Shown: positions 58,219 through 64,000 of the stretch, piece by piece
Numbering within the stretch: the stretch's first letter is position 1
How the letters are laid out: each line of letters opens with the position of its first letter
NCBI GenBank assembly: GCA_016195685.1
Contig: JACPZE010000020.1
Location: 85,725-149,724 of the forward strand
Direction of reading: 5' to 3'
DNA from: Candidatus Gottesmanbacteria bacterium
Lineage (GTDB): Bacteria > Patescibacteriota > Microgenomatia > 2-02-FULL-39-11
Length of the DNA stretch: 64,000 bases
Program-made: the position numbers and the translations under genes
The notes under the pieces: model-generated
What the model was told of the DNA's origin: nothing
Database searches by the model: none
The model's input: the letters and a program-made list of their open reading frames with translations, nothing else

Positions 58219-58913
58219 AAAATAGGAAAACTTTAATCCAGGAAAAACAATATAAGGAGTCCAAAAGAGGAGATATAAATAAGATCAGGCAATTTTTAGA
58301 TAAATATTCAACATACAGAGAAGATAAAGCCCTTGATCTTCTTAGAGCAGGAAACAAAGTACTTGATATCGGATGTGGTGATGGATTATTACTTGCAAAA
58401 TTATCCTCAAAATACAAATCTTTGTGGGGATTAGATATTTCGCAAAGTAGACTTAAAAGAGCTAAAGAAAATTTATTTAAAAAAGGACTATTTGGGAAAA
58501 GTCATATGATCGCAGCAGATTTCGATGAGAAACTACCATTTAGGTCTTGCTTCTTTGATTCAGTGGTTTGTATTGCAACTTTGGAAACAAGTATAGATCC
58601 ATATCATCTGTTACATGAAATAAACAGAATCATGCTTTCCGGCGGTATATTAATTATTCAAGTATCAAATATGGCATTTTTTCCCAGAAGAATCTCACTA
58701 ATGCTAGGTAGAATGCCTAAAACCTGGGAAGCAGAAGGCCTTTGGAACGGTGGCGCACTGCACTATTTTACAAAGTCCTCCCTGAAAGATTTATTACAGG
58801 AGAGTGGATTTATGGTAACGACGATAAAATGTACAGGGTTTCTGTCAAATATTCGCAATTTTTGGGTATCGCTTCTCGGAGCAGATATTATCATAAAAGC
58901 TATTAAAAAATGA
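58215..58913 (+). CDS. Class I SAM-dependent methyltransferase
   Basis: Motif I VLDIGCGDGLLLAKL, then motif II/III-like VVCIATLE and GGILII. 232 aa. Confidence 0.7.
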   Translation: MKNRKTLIQEKQYKESKRGDINKIRQFLDKYSTYREDKALDLLRAGNKVLDIGCGDGLLLAKLSSKYKSLWGLDISQSRLKRAKENLFKKGLFGKSHMIAADFDEKLPFRSCFFDSVVCIATLETSIDPYHLLHEINRIMLSGGILIIQVSNMAFFPRRISLMLGRMPKTWEAEGLWNGGALHYFTKSSLKDLLQESGFMVTTIKCTGFLSNIRNFWVSLLGADIIIKAIKK

Positions 58914-60118
58914 AAATTGTTCATCTAACTGAATATTTTCAGCCTAAAATCGGGTATCAAGAATATTATTTAGCACTAGAACAACAAAAATTAGGTCATG
59001 AAGTTACAGTGGTTACTTCAGATCGTTACTTTCCTTTCCATGATTTTCATAAAATTTATAAAGGTATTTTAAAGGAAAGAATAATAAATCCCGGAAAGTT
59101 TATTGAGGAAAACGTTTCAGTTATCAGATTACCCGTTTTATTTGAATTCGGCCATGGGTCAGCTATTTATTTAAAGAATCTTTTCTCGACCGTTAAAAAT
59201 ATTTCGCCTGATATCATTGAAGTTGATGGTGTGTTTTCTATTTTATCTTGGCAAATCAGCACTATTGCAGAGACACTTGGTATTCCATTAGTTTATGATT
59301 CTCATGCTTCTACTTTCAATACGAAACTGAATGATACTTTTATTAAGAAAATATATTATTATTTTTTCAAATTATTTGCTATTCCACATATTAAACGCTG
59401 CGCCAAATATTACCTTGCGGTAGGAGAATCAGAAAAGTATCTATTGCAGCGTGAATATAGCCTTAAAGATAGTGAGATCACTATTATTCCACTAGGTGCT
59501 GATACGAGTAAATTTAAATTTAATGAAAAGCACCGGAATGATTTACGCAAACAATTACGTATACCAAATAATACTGTGGTTTTTATTTATGCTGGTAAAA
59601 TAACTCCCAATAAGGATATACATATACTTCTGGACGCTTTTAACCGTGTATCTAGGAATATTCCCAACGTGAAAATGTTATTGATCGGAGATGGTAATCC
59701 AACTTACATAAACACACTAGAGGATAAAATTAAAGAATATAATTTAGAGACTAGTATTATCTTCCATCCATTCGTAAAACACAAAGATTTAGCCCAATAC
59801 TTCTCTGCCGCAGACATTGGGATCTGGCCCGGCAACCTTTCCAATACTATTTTGGAAGCCCTTTCTTGTAGTTTACCTATAATTGTGCCCAAGGTTATCT
59901 CCGAAGCTCAAACGAGCGATCATCTTGTTTCATATAAAAATGGGTTTCAATTTAAAAGGGGAAGCCGATCGAGTTTGGCTGATGCTATAGAAAAATTTAA
60001 AAATAAAACAATAAGAAAACAAATGGGAGAAGCAAGTAAAAGATTAGTGATGGATTTTTTCGACTGGGAAGCAATTGCTGAAAAACATCTAAGAATATAT
60101 AATCAAATCTTACAATGA
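58910..60118 (+). CDS. GT4 glycosyltransferase
   Basis: KIVHLTEYFQPKIGYQEYYLA N-terminal GT-B domain. C-terminal GNLSNTILEALSCSLPIIVPKV. Confidence 0.7.
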   Translation: MKIVHLTEYFQPKIGYQEYYLALEQQKLGHEVTVVTSDRYFPFHDFHKIYKGILKERIINPGKFIEENVSVIRLPVLFEFGHGSAIYLKNLFSTVKNISPDIIEVDGVFSILSWQISTIAETLGIPLVYDSHASTFNTKLNDTFIKKIYYYFFKLFAIPHIKRCAKYYLAVGESEKYLLQREYSLKDSEITIIPLGADTSKFKFNEKHRNDLRKQLRIPNNTVVFIYAGKITPNKDIHILLDAFNRVSRNIPNVKMLLIGDGNPTYINTLEDKIKEYNLETSIIFHPFVKHKDLAQYFSAADIGIWPGNLSNTILEALSCSLPIIVPKVISEAQTSDHLVSYKNGFQFKRGSRSSLADAIEKFKNKTIRKQMGEASKRLVMDFFDWEAIAEKHLRIYNQILQ

Positions 60119-61125
60119 TAAAGATCGGAATTATCGGTACTGGATATTGGGGTAAACACCACATCCGCATTTTTTCAAAACTTCCATGTCAATTGGTGGG
60201 TATTGCTGATATTGATAAAACAAAAGAAAGTCTAGCAAGAGAATATAATATAAAATTTTTTACTGATTTTAACAAACTTTTGAATACGGTTGATGCAATT
60301 TCCATAGTTACCCCACCTTCAACCCATTTCGATATCGCAAAGAAGGCATTAACTGTGGGAAAACATGTGTTTATCGAAAAGCCATTTGTGTTGAAGCGAA
60401 AAGAAGCATTAGAACTGGAATCATTGAGAAAAGCTAAAAATCTAATTTTGATGGTTGGTCATATATTTTTATATCATCCAGCTATTATAGAATTGAAAAA
60501 GATAATTGAAAAGGGAGATTTAGGTCAGATATATTATATAATCTCTCAAAGACTAAATCTTGGAATAGTAAGACATGACGTAAATTCTCTTTGGAATTTC
60601 GCTCCTCATGATTTGTCTATAATTATTTATTTGTTGGGAAAGATGCCAAAAGAAGTTGAATGTATAGGCCAGTCATATTTGCAAAATAATTTAGAGGATA
60701 TAATTTTTTTAACTCTAAAATTTTCGAATAAAATATTGGCTCATATTATCCTTTCCTGGTTACATCCGTCTAAGATAAGAGAATTAACAATTGTTGGAAG
60801 TAAAAAAATGGCAGTTTTTAATGATCTTAATACAAATACTCCACTTACTGTCTATGATAAAGGTATTGACAGACAAAGATTAGGAAAAGATACGCAGTGG
60901 AAGAATTTCACAGACTTTAAAATGAAAACGCGATATGGAGAAATTATTACTCCACAGGTAAAAAGCGGGGAACCGTTAGAATTTGAATTAGAACATTTCC
61001 TAAATTGTATAAAAACTCTCTCACAACCCAGATCAGATGGTGAAAATGGATTGAAAGTTATTACTATATTAGAGGCTGCTACTAAATCCTTAAAAGAGGG
61101 AGGAAAAATAATTGATATCAAATAA
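60115..61125 (+). CDS. Gfo/Idh/MocA-family NAD(P)-dependent oxidoreductase (WbpB-like sugar-nucleotide dehydrogenase candidate)
   Basis: IKIGIIGTGYWGKHHIRIF N-terminal Rossmann motif and HVFIEKP motif typical of Gfo/Idh/MocA. Confidence 0.7.
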   Translation: MIKIGIIGTGYWGKHHIRIFSKLPCQLVGIADIDKTKESLAREYNIKFFTDFNKLLNTVDAISIVTPPSTHFDIAKKALTVGKHVFIEKPFVLKRKEALELESLRKAKNLILMVGHIFLYHPAIIELKKIIEKGDLGQIYYIISQRLNLGIVRHDVNSLWNFAPHDLSIIIYLLGKMPKEVECIGQSYLQNNLEDIIFLTLKFSNKILAHIILSWLHPSKIRELTIVGSKKMAVFNDLNTNTPLTVYDKGIDRQRLGKDTQWKNFTDFKMKTRYGEIITPQVKSGEPLEFELEHFLNCIKTLSQPRSDGENGLKVITILEAATKSLKEGGKIIDIK

Positions 61126-61738
61126 TAAGATTTATAAAAGAGTCAGTATAGGCAAAGGGGGAGAATTGGGAGATTTCCTTATTATTGGTATTCCGGCTGA
61201 GGGAATAAAAGATGGACAATTTCAAACAATTATAGGGAACAGTTCCCAAATTCGCTCTCATACTGTTATATATTCCGCAAATAAAATAGGTAATAATTTC
61301 CAGACTGGTCATGGAGTTTTAATTCGAGAAAAAAATCAAATTGGAGATGATGTCAGTGTAGGAAGTCATTCAACTATAGAGCATCATGTAAAAATTGGAA
61401 ATAAAGTGAGGATTCATAGTAATACTTTTATTCCAGAATATACAATTATCAAAGATAAAGTCTGGATAGGACCCTGTGTAGTTATAACAAATGCATATCA
61501 CCCTAACAGTAAGCCAAAATGTCTAAAGGGAGTAACAATCAAAAGTGGAGCTATAATAGGAGCAAATGTCACACTTTTACCAGGGATTATAATTGGAGAT
61601 AATTCATTCATTGGAGCAGGTAGCGTAGTTACTCAAAATGTACCAAATGGCGAGATTCATGTTGGAAACCCAAATAGGAAAATACACGATAGGAAAGAAT
61701 TAATTTGTCCTTTTTGCAAAAGTATGCCTTATCGTTAA
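61112..61738 (+). CDS. Hexapeptide-repeat (LbH) N-acetyltransferase (WbpD/PglD-like candidate)
   Basis: Repeats IGNNFQTGHGVLIREKNQIGDDVSVGSHSTIEHHVKIGNKVRIHSNTFIPEYTIIKDKVWIGPCVVITNA. Follows the Gfo/Idh/MocA oxidoreductase, as in WbpB/WbpD pairs. Confidence 0.65.
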   Translation: MISNNKIYKRVSIGKGGELGDFLIIGIPAEGIKDGQFQTIIGNSSQIRSHTVIYSANKIGNNFQTGHGVLIREKNQIGDDVSVGSHSTIEHHVKIGNKVRIHSNTFIPEYTIIKDKVWIGPCVVITNAYHPNSKPKCLKGVTIKSGAIIGANVTLLPGIIIGDNSFIGAGSVVTQNVPNGEIHVGNPNRKIHDRKELICPFCKSMPYR

Positions 61739-62974
61739 TTTGCGTCTGTGCAATCCATCCGAAAAAAATATATATATAATTCGCAAAGTAATTATAAATT
61801 GTAATATACCCAGAATGCTTAAAAGCGGATCCATATTTAATCCAAATGGAATCCGTATATCCCTGCCAAGACCATATCGAAGGAAGATATTGTAAAATTG
61901 AAAAATCTCCGATATGATTAACGGCCAGAGTAAACGCGTATTTACTAAGGTAAGTGGTGTAAGTAATATTGTGGCATTATAAAAATGGTTTTCATGTGAT
62001 CTGGTAACGATCTGAGGGAAAAGTAGAGCACCGATTGCAAATAGTTTCAAAAATAAGTAAGAGATTTTATGCTTCTGGCTTATATTTTTTAATTGCCTTA
62101 CGTAAAGGAAAGCAATAATAAAAAATACAGCAAAAGAAAGCTTTTCCAGTAATGAGTATGGGTAGTAAAGAGTATTGAGTGAATAAATAGGACCTGTTAT
62201 TCCACTAATATACATGATGAATCTTGTGATCGTATACCAAATATTCACTTGATTTGCGTTAAGACTTGGCATGTAAAAACGCAAGCTGGTATACCAACCA
62301 GCAAAATAATATATAGGTTTACCAGAAATAAAGAAGTAGATACTAAATAAAATAGGAAGGATTGCGAGTCCCAGAGTAAATGTCAAAGTTTCTTTAAACT
62401 TTTTTCGTAGGACAAAATTGATTAACAAAAATAAAAAGAAAACAGTTAACGGACCTGAGACTTGTGGTTTTATCAATAAGGCTAGACTTGTAAGAAGTCC
62501 CGATACAAAAAAGGAGTTTGCCCTTTGAAGTCGATTTAAATATATCCCAGCTGATAATAAAAAGAAGGCCATACCCGCATCGAAATAGCCTAACCATGCC
62601 CCTTCTATAATAAACCAAGGATTTAGCCAATATATGAGTAAAATTAAAAATTGCTTTTTCGGGAATAGCTTAATAAGTAAAATTAGAGTTGATATTTCAA
62701 AAATTTGATTTGCAAATTTAATCGGTAAGAACCAAAGTTTAGGAATGAGCGCAGAAAAAAAACTTGCAACTGCAAAAATTAAATATGCTATGGGAAAATA
62801 CAAGCCCTCAAATCCTTTTGCTAGTCCATAAACCCTGGTATTTGTTCCCCACCTCAAGTGAGGATCCATATCAAATGTACCATTAAAGAAAAGCCCAGTA
62901 ATTCTTAAAATTAATCCAAGCAATAACAAACTAAAGAGGAAAAATCTTTGATGCTTTTTCAAAAATTCTAGCAT
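61700..62974 (-). CDS. Polytopic membrane protein (GT-C-like candidate); only minus-strand gene in the window
   Basis: Minus-strand ORF with ~10 TM helices. The longest ORF starts at 63124, but the Met at 62974 (MLEFLKKHQRFFLFSLLLLGLIL) gives a typical TM N-terminus. The stop overlaps the convergent 61112..61738 gene by 39 bp. Confidence 0.45.
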   Translation of the reverse strand: MLEFLKKHQRFFLFSLLLLGLILRITGLFFNGTFDMDPHLRWGTNTRVYGLAKGFEGLYFPIAYLIFAVASFFSALIPKLWFLPIKFANQIFEISTLILLIKLFPKKQFLILLIYWLNPWFIIEGAWLGYFDAGMAFFLLSAGIYLNRLQRANSFFVSGLLTSLALLIKPQVSGPLTVFFLFLLINFVLRKKFKETLTFTLGLAILPILFSIYFFISGKPIYYFAGWYTSLRFYMPSLNANQVNIWYTITRFIMYISGITGPIYSLNTLYYPYSLLEKLSFAVFFIIAFLYVRQLKNISQKHKISYLFLKLFAIGALLFPQIVTRSHENHFYNATILLTPLTLVNTRLLWPLIISEIFQFYNIFLRYGLGRDIRIPFGLNMDPLLSILGILQFIITLRIIYIFFSDGLHRRKLTIRHTFAKRTN

Positions 62975-63110
62975 ATAATAAGCAATTATATTATAATCCT
63001 TTGAAAATTTTGTAAACATGTCTTTCCAATGGACCAAAAAATATAAATATAAATTCCTTTTCCCATCATTAGTTATATTTATTATAATCTTTTCGTTTTT
63101 CTTTCCTCTC
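62975..63110. promoter_or_regulatory. Putative divergent promoter region between the minus-strand membrane gene and the plus-strand partial membrane gene
   Basis: AT-rich ~136-bp segment (tataatcc, ttataat hexamers) if the minus-strand gene starts at 62974. If it starts at 63124 the two genes overlap head-to-head instead. Confidence 0.3.
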
Positions 63111-64000
63111 ATGAATAGCTTCAAGGGTTTAGTTTTACATGACGAATCATATATTATTGATGGAGCATATAGGTTTTCCTTAGGCCAAGTACCTTATCGA
63201 GATTTCATTTATGTGACTACTCCGTTAACAGCAATGATGCATGGGGTTGTCTTCAAAATCTTTGGATATCAATATATATTTAGTAAAATATTTATAAGTT
63301 TTCAAAATGTCGTATTTACTATTTTTTTATTCATATTACTTCTTAGATTTCTTCCGATTCTTCCATCATTTCTAGCTACCCTAGCCGGATCTGTCTGGTT
63401 TTATGCAATAATTAGCGCTCCTTGGTATGATATGGACGCGTGGTTTTTCTCTCTGTTTGCTATATTTGCGTTTCTCTATTTTTATTATCTTAAAAAAGAA
63501 AATTATTTTTGGCTTTTTTTAACAGGAGTATTTGCAGCTCTTAGTTTACTTAGTAAGCAGAATATTGGTGGCGTATCCTTAGTTCTTGGAGCTTTTTCTA
63601 TATTTCTGTTACCCAGAGGTGATATAGGTAAACGCCTAATTGCATATATTATCGGGGGATCTTTAATTCTGATTTTGTTTCTCGTTTATTTAAATTTGCA
63701 TGGTGCGCTACAATATTTCTATGATCAGGCCATAAAATTGGCATTTCTTGCCAAAAGTGAACAAAAATATCTCTCAATACCATTTTTTGGTCCAGTCTGG
63801 CAACCACACTTTATAATAATAGATTTAATCATTTTAATTACATGTTTTTCTTTTCTGCTTTGCATAATTCAATATTACAGGGACAAAGACAAAGAGGCTC
63901 TAGTCCATCTTTTAACAATAATCTGGATAGGTTTTATATTTGAGGCAGGAATATTTTCTCAAGATGGGGCTAATATATTATGGCAATTAAGTTTTACCGG
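63111..64000 (+). CDS. Polytopic membrane protein, 5' partial (runs off window end)
   Basis: ATG at 63111 (MNSFKGLVLHDESYIIDGAYRFSLGQVPYRDFIYVTTPLTAMMHG...) opens a frame that stays open to base 64000, with at least 8 hydrophobic segments. Not in the ORF track because it has no stop in the window. Confidence 0.5.
   Translation, partial: MNSFKGLVLHDESYIIDGAYRFSLGQVPYRDFIYVTTPLTAMMHGVVFKIFGYQYIFSKIFISFQNVVFTIFLFILLLRFLPILPSFLATLAGSVWFYAIISAPWYDMDAWFFSLFAIFAFLYFYYLKKENYFWLFLTGVFAALSLLSKQNIGGVSLVLGAFSIFLLPRGDIGKRLIAYIIGGSLILILFLVYLNLHGALQYFYDQAIKLAFLAKSEQKYLSIPFFGPVWQPHFIIIDLIILITCFSFLLCIIQYYRDKDKEALVHLLTIIWIGFIFEAGIFSQDGANILWQLSFT

Noticed and set aside
1-64000. CRISPR arrays, tRNA/rRNA genes, transposases, integrases, defence-system (RM, TA, Cas) genes.
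   Set aside because: I saw no direct-repeat/spacer periodicity, no cloverleaf-like GC-rich islands in this AT-rich DNA, and no ORF with transposase, recombinase or nuclease motifs. Every sizeable ORF is accounted for by glycan-related functions.

Overview
This AT-rich window (GC visibly low, about one third by eye) is one very large, almost gapless, co-directional envelope-glycosylation locus. About 52 consecutive plus-strand genes run from 1 to 61738. Many are linked by ATGA/TAATG stop-start overlaps, and only three intergenic gaps exceed 25 bp. A single minus-strand membrane gene and a partial plus-strand membrane gene sit at the 3' end. I saw no rRNA, tRNA, CRISPR array, transposase or integrase, and no recognisable defence genes.

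Gene content:
- Nucleotide-sugar synthesis: RmlD-like C-terminus, UDP-glucose 6-dehydrogenase, a Gmd/Rmd-family short-chain dehydrogenase/reductase (SDR), UDP-xylose synthase, a CDP-paratose-2-epimerase-like SDR, a GalE-like epimerase, a UGM-like flavoprotein, and a WbpB/WbpD-like oxidoreductase plus N-acetyltransferase pair.
- At least six GT2 enzymes of the DPM1/GtrB type, i.e. polyprenol-phosphate-sugar synthases. One is fused to a GtrA-like domain and one is followed by a DUF2304-like small membrane protein.
- Many cytoplasmic GT2 and GT4 glycosyltransferases, and a Wzx-type flippase.
- About 20 polytopic GT-C-type membrane proteins: ArnT/PMT_2-like, PMT-like with an HPPL motif, YfhO/PTPS-related, and PIG-V-like.

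The most striking structure is a tandem array of seven full-length ArnT/PMT_2-like paralogs plus one truncated copy at 29.7-44.2 kb. Taken together this looks like a polyprenol-phosphate-sugar-dependent extracytoplasmic glycan or lipoglycan assembly system of unusual size. It plausibly comes from an uncultivated low-GC (CPR-like) bacterium, but that is inference only.

The ORF track evidently uses TTG and GTG starts. Where a listed start overlapped the upstream gene by more than about 25 bp and a sensible in-frame ATG lay just past the upstream stop, I used the internal ATG.
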